Made by a program: the position numbers and the translations under genes | Assembly: GCA_049325495.1 (NCBI GenBank) | Contig: JBMOKV010000522.1 | Location: 1 to 52,719 of the forward strand | Direction of reading: 5' to 3' | DNA: 52,719 nucleotides | From: Candidatus Rifleibacteriota bacterium | GTDB lineage: Bacteria; Muiribacteriota; Ozemobacteria; Ozemobacterales; Ozemobacteraceae | Shown here: positions 36,178 to 46,330 of the stretch, piece after piece | Layout of the letters: each line of letters starts with the position of its first letter | Numbering within the stretch: position 1 is the stretch's first letter | Notes under the pieces: model-generated | The model's database searches: none | Told to the model about the DNA's origin: nothing | What the model saw: only the letters and a program-made list of their open reading frames with translations

Positions 36178-37548
36178 ATGAAACGAGTATCAAGTATTTT
36201 AATCGCAGCGGCTCTGATTTTTGCCTCATTTTCCTCAGTTAACGCAGCCCCCCCGGTAAAAGAATGGACACTGGCAGTATTTTTGAATGCTGACAACAAT
36301 TTGGATCCGTTTGGCGTAGAAGACCAGCAGGAAATGGCCCGCGTCGGCTCAAGCGATTTTCTCAACATCGTTTCATTGATCGACCGTGAACATGGTCCCG
36401 CCCAGATCAACTATATCGAAAAGAACAATATCAAGAAGATCAAAGACATGGGCGAAATGGACATGGGCGATTATCGCCAGCTTGTCAATTTCATGAAGTT
36501 CGTAAAAGAAAACTATCCGGCAAAACGTTACTGCCTCACCGTCTGGAATCACGGCTCAGGATGGAAAAACAAGAACGTAAACGCTGTCGTTCGTGGTATT
36601 TCATATGATGATTCATCAAACAATCACATCACCAACGCTCAGCTGTCAGTTGCCCTCAAAGAAATCAACAGCGTAATCGGCAAAAAAGTTGATATCGTTG
36701 AATTTGATGCCTGTCTGATGCAGATGGTTGAAGTTGTTCATGCCTGCAAAGATTATTGTGATTATATCGTAGCCTCTGAACAGACCGAACCTGGTAAAGG
36801 CGCTCCCTATGACGATATCCTCAAAGGCGTTAAACCCGGAATGAACGCCGAAGCCTTCTCCCGCAACTGGGTAAAAGCATTTCTGGCTTCATACAATGGT
36901 GGAAGCCAGGGCTATGATGAATCAACCCAGTCTGCAATCGACTGCTCAAAATTCGGTCCCCTGATGGATGCACTTAGCGGTTTTGCAAAAACTGCCATGG
37001 CCGGCAAATATGCCAAAGACTTTGGCGTTGCCCTTCGCCAGGTTCAGAAATATGAATATCCTGAAAACATCGACCTGATTCACTTTGCAACCCTGCTCAA
37101 GGCCCAGCTGAAGAACGACGAAGCAATGAAAACTGCCTGTGATAAAGTTCTTGCCGCTGCTGGTGCTCTGGTAATCGAAAATGGTTACACCGGTTATTCG
37201 ACCAAGAATTCAAAAGGCATTGCAATTTATCTGCCCTCAAGCTTTATGATTGAAGCAAAATATCGCACTCTGAGCTTTGCAAAAGATAGCATGTGGGATG
37301 AAATGCTCGATTCTCTCCTGCATCGCGATGTTACCGACAAAATCGTTGACGATGTTAAAGCCGGCAGTCTCGAAGCTCTCAAAAAGATCGTCGCATTTGC
37401 TGAACGCAATCCCGATGAAAAAGGTCTGTATCGCTTCATCATTCGTGAACTCAAATTCGAATTCCTTCAGGAAACCAAAGTTGCTTCAAATCTTGAAGTT
37501 GAATTCAACGAACTGGTTGATCGCCTTACCAAGGCTGCTGTAGAGTAA
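36178..37548 (+). CDS. Secreted clostripain-family (C11) cysteine peptidase, copy 1
   Basis: Signal peptide; WTLAVFLNADNNL, WNHGSGW (His), FDACLMQ (Cys), ASEQTEPG. Confidence 0.92.
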   Translation: MKRVSSILIAAALIFASFSSVNAAPPVKEWTLAVFLNADNNLDPFGVEDQQEMARVGSSDFLNIVSLIDREHGPAQINYIEKNNIKKIKDMGEMDMGDYRQLVNFMKFVKENYPAKRYCLTVWNHGSGWKNKNVNAVVRGISYDDSSNNHITNAQLSVALKEINSVIGKKVDIVEFDACLMQMVEVVHACKDYCDYIVASEQTEPGKGAPYDDILKGVKPGMNAEAFSRNWVKAFLASYNGGSQGYDESTQSAIDCSKFGPLMDALSGFAKTAMAGKYAKDFGVALRQVQKYEYPENIDLIHFATLLKAQLKNDEAMKTACDKVLAAAGALVIENGYTGYSTKNSKGIAIYLPSSFMIEAKYRTLSFAKDSMWDEMLDSLLHRDVTDKIVDDVKAGSLEALKKIVAFAERNPDEKGLYRFIIRELKFEFLQETKVASNLEVEFNELVDRLTKAAVE

Positions 37549-37560
37549 AATTCCCGAAAA

Positions 37561-37590
37561 AAAACCGGCTGGCAATGGCCAGCCGGTTTT
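37561..37590 (+). terminator. Terminator after clostripain 1
   Basis: aaaaccggctggc-aatg-gccagccggtttt. Confidence 0.75.
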
Positions 37591-37662
37591 AAGCTTTCTT
37601 TAAGAATTTGAAAGTTTGTATTGAGTATTTGTCTGCCAGTATAAAGAATTTTTTCGAAGTCC

Positions 37663-37691
37663 TTGACATCGTACCCTCTGGTTTTTATAAT
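37663..37691 (+). promoter_or_regulatory. Consensus sigma70 promoter of clostripain 2
   Basis: TTGACA (37663-37668), 17 bp spacer, TATAAT (37686-37691); AAGGAG RBS downstream. Confidence 0.85.
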
Positions 37692-37737
37692 GGTAAGACT
37701 TAAGTAGTATAAGCGTTTCCTATAAGATTAAGGAGTA

Positions 37738-39093
37738 ATGAGAATGAAACGAGTAATGAGTATTTTTGTTCTGGCTTTGATCGCTTTCGCTTTTTGTTCA
37801 CCCGCAGCAGCCGCTGAAAAAGAATGGACATTCATGGTTTTTTTGAATGCCGACAACAATCTTGATGCTTTTGGCGCTGATGATCTGCAGGAAATGGCCC
37901 AGGGCGGCGGTTCTAATGAATACCGCAATATCGTGTGCCTCATCGACAGAGAACATGGCCCCGCCACTCTCAACTATGTCAACCCCACCGGCCCCGAAGT
38001 CGTTAAAGACATGGGCGAACTTGACATGGGCGACTACAAAGAATTTGTAAAATTCGTAACCGAAACTGCCAAAGCTTACCCCGCAAAAAATTATGCCGCC
38101 ATCATCTGGAACCACGGCTCAGGCTGGAAAGATGCCCATGGCGACATCATCAAAGGCATTTCTTACGATGATTCTTCAAATAACCACATCACCACCGGTC
38201 AGCTGACCATTGCTCTCAAGGAAATCGAAGCCAACCTTGGCAAAAAACTCGACATCCTTGGTTTTGATGCTTGTCTGATGCAGATGATCGAAGTTGCTTA
38301 CGCAGTTAAAGATCATGCCGCTTACCTGGTCGCTTCTGAAGAAACTGAACCGGGCGAAGGCTGGTGCTATGACGATCTCGGCAAAGCCTGGAAAAAAGGC
38401 ATGAGCGCTGCTGAACTGGCTTCTCTGATCGTAACCGAATATGCCGCTTCCTATAATGGTGGCAGCGCCGGTTCTTCTTCTACCACTCAGTCTGCTCTCG
38501 ATTGTTCAAAAATCGACAACCTCAGAGATGCCATCAACGGTCTGTGCAAAACCGTTATCGCCGGCAACTTCTCAGCTGAATTCAAAGCCGCTCTCAACAG
38601 CGTTCAGAAATTCTATTACAGAACCAACATCGACCTTGGCCATTTTGCCAAGTTGACCAAAAACACCATCAAAGACGAAGCTTACCAGACTGCCGTTACC
38701 AAGCTGGAAAAGGCTCTCGAAGAAGTTATCGTAAAGAACGGTCTCAGCGGCTACAACACCAAGAACGCCACTGGCCTCGCCGTTTACTTCCCCACTTCTT
38801 CATACAGCTTCGCAGCTCAGTATAAAGAACTGGCTTTTGCCCAGGAAACCATGTGGGAACAGATGGTAAAAGATTACTACGTTAAAGCCAATGCCAAGAA
38901 AATTCTGGCCGGCGTTGCCGAAGGCAATGTTGATGCTCTCAGAGAATATGTTGCTACCGCTAATGAAAAGAACCGCAGTGTAAGCAACGAACTGATCAGC
39001 CAGATCAACTTCGCCGTATTCGCCGAAGGCAATGTTGATACCAACACCCAGAACAACGTTCGCACTCTGGTTAACGAACTGAAAACCAAATAA
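37738..39093 (+). CDS. Secreted clostripain-family (C11) cysteine peptidase, copy 2
   Basis: Signal peptide; WTFMVFLNADNNL, WNHGSGW, FDACLMQ, ASEETEPG; paralog of copy 1; start may be 37744. Confidence 0.92.
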   Translation: MRMKRVMSIFVLALIAFAFCSPAAAAEKEWTFMVFLNADNNLDAFGADDLQEMAQGGGSNEYRNIVCLIDREHGPATLNYVNPTGPEVVKDMGELDMGDYKEFVKFVTETAKAYPAKNYAAIIWNHGSGWKDAHGDIIKGISYDDSSNNHITTGQLTIALKEIEANLGKKLDILGFDACLMQMIEVAYAVKDHAAYLVASEETEPGEGWCYDDLGKAWKKGMSAAELASLIVTEYAASYNGGSAGSSSTTQSALDCSKIDNLRDAINGLCKTVIAGNFSAEFKAALNSVQKFYYRTNIDLGHFAKLTKNTIKDEAYQTAVTKLEKALEEVIVKNGLSGYNTKNATGLAVYFPTSSYSFAAQYKELAFAQETMWEQMVKDYYVKANAKKILAGVAEGNVDALREYVATANEKNRSVSNELISQINFAVFAEGNVDTNTQNNVRTLVNELKTK

Positions 39094-39109
39094 GTTTTTA
39101 AGTTAGTTC

Positions 39110-39148
39110 AAAAAACTCTGCAGATTAATTTCTGCAGAGTTTTTTTTT
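39110..39148 (+). terminator. Terminator after clostripain 2
   Basis: aaaaaactctgcaga / tctgcagag followed by T9. Confidence 0.85.
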
Positions 39149-39149
39149 G

Positions 39150-39665
39150 CAAAAGTTTTTAAGCTTCACTTTTTGTAATGCCCGTATTTTGCCAACTGCC
39201 AAAGGTGCCTGCCGGTCACAGCACGTCCATGAGTTTGAATTTTCTGGTTAAAGCCCGGGAAGCCATAATTAGGCTGTCCCATAGGACGGAATATCAAATG
39301 GAACGGTCATTGAGACAGAATTTCTGTTTGGCCGCAGGATAGCGATGGACTCGTAAAATGACCATTATCGCTGCGGACAGCCCTGATTTGTTCCGGTGGG
39401 CTTCAACCATCGCCTGGCAAAGCCAGGCTCAGTTACCGTCTAAGTAATTTTTACTGTTTTTGAAATAATCAACAGTAAAACTCATCCAATGGGAACCGGC
39501 AACTCATAACCTGGTGGCTTCAAAATAGCATCAAACAAAAGAGGCCACCAGGCCCACAAAGTGCCCAACCGAATTTACAAGGCTTGCCTGTTCTCATACG
39601 CTAGGCCTGTTCATTCGCATCGAAACACCAGAGATTCATCGAGTTTTGCACATTTCAACCAGAAA
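39150..39665. ncRNA. Candidate large structured RNA/element (unclassified)
   Basis: No ORF of 60 aa or more; enclosed by two terminators; many nested complementary segments (see findings). Confidence 0.4.
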
Positions 39666-39666
39666 C

Positions 39667-39693
39667 AAAAAAGCCACCGGTGACGGCGGCTTT
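39667..39693 (-). terminator. Terminator of the 39735-40037 gene
   Basis: Minus strand aaagccgccg-tcac-cggtggc followed by T6. Confidence 0.75.
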
Positions 39694-39734
39694 CAAATTT
39701 AAGAGGAGTTTTATGGAGAAAGCTAGGTGTTAAG

Positions 39735-40037
39735 CTAGTTACGAACCTTGTTTTTCATATTGTCGAGAACGGCTTTCAGGGTCTTTACGTCTTCTTTCAT
39801 TTCCTTTATCTGCATCATAATAACCTGAGCCTGTTCCTGGGCCTCGGGACCGCCCTCTTCATTCAGTTTGCGGAGTTCTTCATAAGCTTCGGTGATTTTC
39901 TGATTCAGTTCGCTGATTTTCTGACCCACTTCAAACATTTCATGTTTTGAAGCTGCCTGCAGCATAGAACCACAAAGAGCGAACACAAAAAGAACCAGGG
40001 CGATACAGATACTTCTTTTATTAATCAGATTGTTCAT
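39735..40037 (-). CDS. Small secreted coiled-coil protein
   Basis: ATG 40037 with GGAGG RBS; signal peptide, then an E/K/Q-rich helical region. Confidence 0.7.
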   Translation of the reverse strand: MNNLINKRSICIALVLFVFALCGSMLQAASKHEMFEVGQKISELNQKITEAYEELRKLNEEGGPEAQEQAQVIMMQIKEMKEDVKTLKAVLDNMKNKVRN

Positions 40038-40150
40038 GAAAAACCTCCGTGTAATGTTGTTCTTAATATTAATCGGAGTTTTTTCAAAAAAGTTTAGAGC
40101 AAAAACAAACAAATTTAAAAAAATTTAAACTTCAACAAACAAAGGCAAAC

Positions 40151-41239
40151 TTAAAAGGACGAAACGATGGTGCCGCCGGCAACCAGACAGTCGCCCCGGT
40201 AAAAAACCGCCGATTGCCCTGGGGAAATTGCATAGACCGGTTCCTGCAGCTTGACCTTCCATGATTGCGCGTCCGCTGAAATCAGGCGGCAGTTGACCGC
40301 TCTGGTTTTATAGCGAATCTGGACCTGGAACTCATCGCCAGGTTGCGGTGTCTCGATCAGAGAATTCATCTTCTGCACCACAAACTTGTTACCCATCATC
40401 TGTTCGCGTGGGCCCACATGAACTTCACGACTGGCTGCATCGATGCGACAGACATACATTTTAATTCCGTGCCCGCCGCCCACTCCTTTGCGCTGGCCAA
40501 CGGTGAAGTTCATATAACCATCGTGCTTGGCAAGAGTCCGGCCGTTTGGGCCGATGATCAGGCCAGGCTGAAAGCCTGGATGATCGGCGGGCAGATGCTC
40601 GCGCAGAAAGGTCATATAATTGCCATCAGGAACAAAGCAGATTTCCTGAGATTCAGGCCTTTTTGCGTTTGCCAGGCTGGCGGTCTCGGCGATTGCACGA
40701 ATTTCCGGCTTGCTGTAACTCCCAACCGGCAGAAGAAGGTGCGGTAATACCCTGGTTGGAACTTCCCAGAGAAAATATGACTGATCTTTTTGCGGATCAG
40801 CCCCTCTTTTCAGGAGAAAGTTTCCGGCGTCATCCTTTTCTATAGAGGCATAGTGACCGGTTGCAAGGAAATTGCAGCCATAACTGCGGGCTTTTTCCAA
40901 CAGATAGGGGATCTTGACCGTGGCATTGCAGCGGACACAGGGATTCGGAGTTCGACCAGCTGCATATTCGGCGACGAAATTGTCGATTACTTCCTGCTGA
41001 AACGATGTGGAAACATCAAGAACCATGTGTGGAATCTTTAGCTGAGCCGCAACTTCTCTGGCAGCATTCACTCCTTCAAGGCCACAACAGGCTTTAGGCC
41101 CTGCCTCACCCTGATAGCAGAAAGTTTTCAGGGTAACGGCCATCACTTCATATCCCTGGCGCTGCAGCATAATTGCGGCTACCGATGAATCTACGCCACC
41201 TGACAGGGCAACCAGAACTTTTTTTGCTGATTCATTCAT
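40151..41239 (-). CDS. mnmA: tRNA 2-thiouridine(34) synthase
   Basis: ALSGGVDSSVAA, GRTPNPCVRCN, ATGHYA, KDQSYFL, ESQEICF, TVGQRKG, PGQSAVFY. Confidence 0.97.
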   Translation of the reverse strand: MNESAKKVLVALSGGVDSSVAAIMLQRQGYEVMAVTLKTFCYQGEAGPKACCGLEGVNAAREVAAQLKIPHMVLDVSTSFQQEVIDNFVAEYAAGRTPNPCVRCNATVKIPYLLEKARSYGCNFLATGHYASIEKDDAGNFLLKRGADPQKDQSYFLWEVPTRVLPHLLLPVGSYSKPEIRAIAETASLANAKRPESQEICFVPDGNYMTFLREHLPADHPGFQPGLIIGPNGRTLAKHDGYMNFTVGQRKGVGGGHGIKMYVCRIDAASREVHVGPREQMMGNKFVVQKMNSLIETPQPGDEFQVQIRYKTRAVNCRLISADAQSWKVKLQEPVYAISPGQSAVFYRGDCLVAGGTIVSSF

Positions 41240-41257
41240 AATTTTATTTTAAACAAA

Positions 41258-42160
41258 TCAATGAAGGATTTGCTTTCGTGAAAAAATCAGAACCGCCAGC
41301 AGATAAAACAGAGCTGCCCACGCAAATGAAGACCCCAGGCTTGCCATCACGTCTCCATCGAAAATGTTGATGCGTCCGTCGAGAATTTTTTCGATACGCG
41401 AAATGGAAAAAAGATCCGAAAGGTGGCGAGAAAAGACCCATTGGGCCGCATCGTTGTACCAGACGTCGAGTTTTCCCAGAAAATTGGTTGCGATCATGTA
41501 AAAGGTGTGCAAGCCCATCAATACGCTCAAACTCGAAAATGACATGATGATTGCCGATTCAAAAAACAATGAAAAAAGTATGAAAAAACCGATCAGCATA
41601 AGATTGCCTGCAAAAGTCATGAAAAGCAGCTGTGCCGCAGCCGAGGTGCTGACAATGAACGATGGCTTCTCAACATTCAATTGTTCAGGCAGCACGCCCG
41701 TGTTCAACAAACCGCTGTTCTGGGTCATGCCACGGGCGACGATCAGATCTGCCTGCAGAAATAGACCGCCGATAGTCACGGCCAGCAGTAAAAACAGCAT
41801 GATTGAAACCGTTTTGGCGGTAATAACCTGCCAGCGCTGAACCGGGGTAATCAGAAGCATTTTCATATAGCCCCGGCTGAACTCGGTGGAAAAACTGTCA
41901 CCGATTACCAGCGCCAGAAAGAATGGCGCAATGTATGAAAAAAGCTTGATATGGGCTGTGAACAGGCCCTGAACGACTTCGTAAAGCACGTTGAATTGCA
42001 CTTCACCAAAACCGAAGCTTTTGAATTTAACATAGGCGACGATCAAAGCCAGACTGGCTACCAGCGGAACCACATTTAGTGCAATCAGAAACAGCAATGC
42101 CTTTTTGCGGTTCAAGATCTTTTTTAGTTCAAACATCAATAAAACCAGCATTCTGCGCAT
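41258..42160 (-). CDS. ABC-2 type transporter permease
   Basis: About 6 TM; DSFSTEFSRGYMKMLLITPVQRWQVITAK motif. Confidence 0.88.
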   Translation of the reverse strand: MRRMLVLLMFELKKILNRKKALLFLIALNVVPLVASLALIVAYVKFKSFGFGEVQFNVLYEVVQGLFTAHIKLFSYIAPFFLALVIGDSFSTEFSRGYMKMLLITPVQRWQVITAKTVSIMLFLLLAVTIGGLFLQADLIVARGMTQNSGLLNTGVLPEQLNVEKPSFIVSTSAAAQLLFMTFAGNLMLIGFFILFSLFFESAIIMSFSSLSVLMGLHTFYMIATNFLGKLDVWYNDAAQWVFSRHLSDLFSISRIEKILDGRINIFDGDVMASLGSSFAWAALFYLLAVLIFSRKQILH

Positions 42161-42162
42161 GG

Positions 42163-43086
42163 TCAATTCCCCTTTTCTTCGCTGGTAAGCTTGATGAAGG
42201 TTTCCTCAAGCGAAGCTTCGTGCGGAATCAGGGCAGATACCTTGATTTCAGCCGCAACCAGTGCCTGGTTGATTCGGGGTGACATTTCTGACTTCATGGT
42301 CAGCATCAGACCCCGTGGCCCCTCTGACCATTGCAGGCCTTCAAAGGTTTTTAGAACCTCGATCGCTTTGCCAAAAAACTCGTCGGGCATTCTGACTTCC
42401 CAGGTTTCCTGGTGCCCCGAAAGAATCTCACCAACATAGCCTTCTCTTGCCGTGCGCCCACGATCGATGATCACCACATAATCACAAAGCCTTTGAACTT
42501 CATCGAGCAGGTGGCTCGAAAGAAAAATCGTGGTTTTCTCTTCAGAATGAATACGCTGCAGAATTTCACGCATCTGAACTCGTCCAGCGGGATCCATGCC
42601 ACTGGTTGGTTCATCGAGAATCAGCAGCCTGGGCTTGTGCAGAATACCGAATGCCACGCCCAGACGTTGCTTCATTCCCGATGAAAAAGTGCCAAAACGC
42701 TGGTGAGTTGCATCTTTTAGCCCGACCAGAGCTATTGCTTCAAGAATGCGGTCGTTGGTGACCGGTTTGTATAAAGAACCAAACCAGTACAGGTTCTCCA
42801 TTGCTGTCATCGTCTCGATGAAGGTGGGGTTTTCAACTACCGCTCCTATTTGCTCGACCGCCTTGCTGCGACCACCGGGAAGTGGTTCTCCAAGCATCAC
42901 TATTTCGCCCTGCAACAGAGGTACCAGACCCATGAGAATGCGCAGTGTCGTAGTTTTTCCCGCCCCATTCGGGCCGAGAAAACCTGAAATGCTGTTCATT
43001 GGCACGTTGAAGCTCAGGTCGTTCAGTACTTTTTTCCGGCCGAAGCTTTTGTTTAGCTGGTTAACTTTTATGGCTGTTTCCTGCAT
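42163..43086 (-). CDS. ABC transporter ATP-binding protein (BcrA-like exporter)
   Basis: GPNGAGKTT, FSSGMKQRLG, ILDEPTSGMDP, SSHLL. Confidence 0.95.
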   Translation of the reverse strand: MQETAIKVNQLNKSFGRKKVLNDLSFNVPMNSISGFLGPNGAGKTTTLRILMGLVPLLQGEIVMLGEPLPGGRSKAVEQIGAVVENPTFIETMTAMENLYWFGSLYKPVTNDRILEAIALVGLKDATHQRFGTFSSGMKQRLGVAFGILHKPRLLILDEPTSGMDPAGRVQMREILQRIHSEEKTTIFLSSHLLDEVQRLCDYVVIIDRGRTAREGYVGEILSGHQETWEVRMPDEFFGKAIEVLKTFEGLQWSEGPRGLMLTMKSEMSPRINQALVAAEIKVSALIPHEASLEETFIKLTSEEKGN

Positions 43087-43094
43087 TTTTGTGC

Positions 43095-44249
43095 CTATGC
43101 CTTTTCGTAAAGTTCATGGTAAAGCTCTTTACCGAGAACTTTGAGGATTACCGCTACCGGAACCGCCAGCAACATTCCCGGGATTCCGGCAAGACTGGCT
43201 GCGATGGCCAGCGAAAGCATGACGACCAGCGGATGCAGGCCTGCTTTTTCGCCGACAACATTTGGTTGCAGATACCAGCCGTCAATGGTTTGAACGATGG
43301 CGATCGCAATGGTGACCTTGATCAGTACCGAAACCAGTGCCGAGGTGAAACCATACTGGGCAATTGCAATGAACAGGGCCAGAATAACGGTAAACAATCC
43401 GCCAAGGTAGGGAATGAAGTTCGCAACCCCCGATAATGGCCCGAGAAAAAGAAAAAAACCTATTCCCGAAATCCACAGACCGATCGTCATCAGAACCGCA
43501 AAAATCGTATTGGCCAGCAGTTGTCCTCTTAACAGAGAATTGAGCTGGGCATCTATTTTGGCAAATGTGTCAAGGGTTCGCTCGCGAAAATCAGGGGGCA
43601 ACAGCATTTTAAAGCTGTTGAAAATCTCATCCATGTCGAGCAGGATATAAAAAACCAGGATGGGGATCAGAACCATGTTTACCATGCCTGAAAAGGCGGT
43701 CGCAACGAAACCCATCAGCCTTTTAAAACCGGAAACGATCCCATCTTTAACGACGACAACGCCGTTGGCTGCCAGTTCTCTTATCTTGTCGCCGTTAATG
43801 AACTCTTTTAAATAATCATTCAAATATTCGTTTAAATATGGGACACTGGCTGTTTTTTCATAAAGGCTGGTTCCAGCCTCTTTGAGATTATCGGTAATCC
43901 GATTTACATCGAGATTGGCGAGTTTGTTGAACATCTCGCCCGCTTCTGAAAACATGGAAATGGTGAATGGCACGATGAACAGCGTGAAAATTAAGATTCC
44001 ACAGGTAAAGACGGTAAGAACCGCCCATGGCCGGGGAAATTTTCGATCGACCAGAATTCTTACCAGAGGGTTGAGAACATAGGCCAGAACCAGTGAAATG
44101 AGAAATGGGGCGATGACATGTGACAGGTAATAACAGATAATGGCAGTAATGATAAAGCCCGCGCTGATCAGGATGTTTTTGATTCGCGCCCGGTTTGGGT
44201 CAATTGGCGGATTCTGGGCAGGCTTGTTTTTTCCGGCGTCTTTTTTCAT
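43095..44249 (-). CDS. AI-2E family (PerM-like) transporter
   Basis: AYVLNPLV, RGQL, NFIPYLG, QPNVVG...LHPL, GMLLAVP. Confidence 0.9.
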   Translation of the reverse strand: MKKDAGKNKPAQNPPIDPNRARIKNILISAGFIITAIICYYLSHVIAPFLISLVLAYVLNPLVRILVDRKFPRPWAVLTVFTCGILIFTLFIVPFTISMFSEAGEMFNKLANLDVNRITDNLKEAGTSLYEKTASVPYLNEYLNDYLKEFINGDKIRELAANGVVVVKDGIVSGFKRLMGFVATAFSGMVNMVLIPILVFYILLDMDEIFNSFKMLLPPDFRERTLDTFAKIDAQLNSLLRGQLLANTIFAVLMTIGLWISGIGFFLFLGPLSGVANFIPYLGGLFTVILALFIAIAQYGFTSALVSVLIKVTIAIAIVQTIDGWYLQPNVVGEKAGLHPLVVMLSLAIAASLAGIPGMLLAVPVAVILKVLGKELYHELYEKA

Positions 44250-44252
44250 CGG

Positions 44253-45191
44253 TTATACCACATTTCTCATATTGACCCGGGCCCCATAGATTTTGAGAAT
44301 AAGTTCTATTTCCCCTTTTCCCATGTTGAGGCTGCGGGCGATCTGGGGAACGGTAACCCCCTGGTGAGCCATCTGCAAAACATCGTAAACCGGTGTTCCA
44401 GGAATCGGTTCGGGCAAAGAAGATTCCAGAGATGTATCGAAGTCGGTTTTTTTGGCTGGCATGCGTGCAGTCGTTTCTATGCTTGCAGGCTTAAGTTCGG
44501 TTATTTTATCTGAATACTGATAGGCGTTATCTTCCTTTTCGCCTGCTTTAACAATAAATCTGTTCGATGAAATCGGGTTTTCACGGGCCGGTCTAATCGG
44601 GATTACCCGTTCGCTTTTTTCTGGTTTGGCTGGAGGCTCAAGCTGTTGTTCAAGAAAATTGAGCTGACGGTTTACCTGGCGGGTTACCTCTTCTTCTATC
44701 ACGTTTCGTATGGCTTTATAATCGATTTCGGGGTTTCCCAGTTCGGGCAGGGGGCGGTCTTCTACTTCCTGCAGGCGTTCGGCTATGAGCCTGATCTGGT
44801 TCTGCATGGTTTCAATCGTTTGTTTGATCTCATTCTTGATGCGTCGTTCGTTTTGAAGGTCAGAAACATCGGTTCCGACTCCCAGGTTGACCTTTTTTTT
44901 CAGATCCGCTGTCGTTTCATCGAGTTCTTTAAGAAAGTCGTTCACTCGCAAAATTTTCTTGTCGGCAATCGTGAGCAGTTCTGAAAGATCTTCACTCTGC
45001 TTTTCAATTACCTTCATGTTGTGACTTGAAGCGAGCTCCATTTCGTCGATCAACTGATTGAATGATAACTCGAGGGCCCGCATTTCTTCATGAAGCTTCA
45101 GGTAATGGCGTTTGCCGAAAAATCTGCCGATCCAGAAGGCCGCAATTACCAGAAAAATTGCACAGACTGATAATTGAACTGCTATCCACAT
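44253..45191 (-). CDS. Membrane-anchored coiled-coil protein with C-terminal HTH-like motif
   Basis: N-terminal TM, coiled coil, C-terminal QIARSLNMGKGEIELIL. Confidence 0.7.
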   Translation of the reverse strand: MWIAVQLSVCAIFLVIAAFWIGRFFGKRHYLKLHEEMRALELSFNQLIDEMELASSHNMKVIEKQSEDLSELLTIADKKILRVNDFLKELDETTADLKKKVNLGVGTDVSDLQNERRIKNEIKQTIETMQNQIRLIAERLQEVEDRPLPELGNPEIDYKAIRNVIEEEVTRQVNRQLNFLEQQLEPPAKPEKSERVIPIRPARENPISSNRFIVKAGEKEDNAYQYSDKITELKPASIETTARMPAKKTDFDTSLESSLPEPIPGTPVYDVLQMAHQGVTVPQIARSLNMGKGEIELILKIYGARVNMRNVV

Positions 45192-45264
45192 TGGCTGGCT
45201 TAACCTCTATATTGGTAGTGGGTTCACTACGGAATTGTTGTTAATGAACCGATAGCATGGTACC

Positions 45265-46266
45265 ATGCCTGCTATGTTAAAATCCAAGAAATTTTGGGGA
45301 TTTCTTGTAAGTATTTTCTTCCTTTGGCTGGCCTTGCGAAAGGTCGATTGGAAGGCGGTTCCGACAACCCTTTCTGCCCTCGATTATTCCTGGCTTGCAC
45401 TTTTTATTTTGTCATACACCCTGGAACACATTGCCAGAGCTTATCGCTGGCGCGCCATACTGCCGGGAAAGCCGCTCAAAATGAAGCATGCCTACTTCGG
45501 TATCGTGCTCGGCTACTTTTTCAATAATTTGCTTCCCGCACGCGCCGGAGAATTTGTCAGGGCCTTTTATCTTAAGAAGAAAAACACTGCCCCGGCTTCT
45601 GAAGTTTTTGGTTCAGTGGTTTTTGAACGATTTCTCGATGGAATAATCATTGTCACTCTTATCGTTTTTTCTTTGAATTATTTCCCTACCACGCCAATGG
45701 TGCAGAAAGCCAGCATTTCTGCGATTGTCTTTTATGCTCTTGTCTTGTGTGGCATTCTATTGCTGCAGTTTCGCCGCAGTCTCTTCGAAGAAATTACCAG
45801 GCGTCTCTTTTCCCTTTTCCCACAACGCACCGCACATTTTCTCAATCACGCAAGAGAGTCTTTCATCAATGGTCTTGGTCTGATTGCCAGACCAAAACTG
45901 TTTTTTCGAGCGATCATTCTTTCTGTAGTTTCCTGGTCATTTTCCATCGCAACATATTACATTTGTTTGCAGATGTTTAATCTGAATCTGGGAATAAGCG
46001 AAGCGATGCTGCTTATCTGCGTTCTTTCCGTTGGTGCCATGATTCCTACCAGTCCGGGCATGATCGGAATTTACGAATACTGTAGTGTGATAGCTCTGCA
46101 CGGAATTCTTGGCCAGACTGAAGAAATTGGTGCGCTTTTCGGCCTGGTCACCCATTCGCTTGGCTATTTTTACATTCTGATTGCCGGTTTCGTGATTTTG
46201 ACCATCGAAGGCCTTTCAATGACTGATCTACAGAAAGAGCAGGATCTTCAAACCATTTCCGGGTGA
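45265..46266 (+). CDS. Lysylphosphatidylglycerol synthase TM-like (UPF0104 flippase-like) protein
   Basis: RAYRW, NNLLPARAGEFVR, VFERFLD, PTSPGMIGIYE. Confidence 0.88.
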   Translation: MPAMLKSKKFWGFLVSIFFLWLALRKVDWKAVPTTLSALDYSWLALFILSYTLEHIARAYRWRAILPGKPLKMKHAYFGIVLGYFFNNLLPARAGEFVRAFYLKKKNTAPASEVFGSVVFERFLDGIIIVTLIVFSLNYFPTTPMVQKASISAIVFYALVLCGILLLQFRRSLFEEITRRLFSLFPQRTAHFLNHARESFINGLGLIARPKLFFRAIILSVVSWSFSIATYYICLQMFNLNLGISEAMLLICVLSVGAMIPTSPGMIGIYEYCSVIALHGILGQTEEIGALFGLVTHSLGYFYILIAGFVILTIEGLSMTDLQKEQDLQTISG

Positions 46267-46330
46267 AACTTTGCCCTAAATCTTCCTGAGAAAATGCCGA
46301 TATTTTTTTTAGCTTCACAGGAGGTCGGGT

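Noticed and set aside
39200-39430. Cobalamin riboswitch, RNase P, tmRNA or group II intron identity for the structured region
   Set aside because: Only scattered words match (gggaag, aagccagg); core signatures are absent and there is no downstream same-strand gene to regulate.
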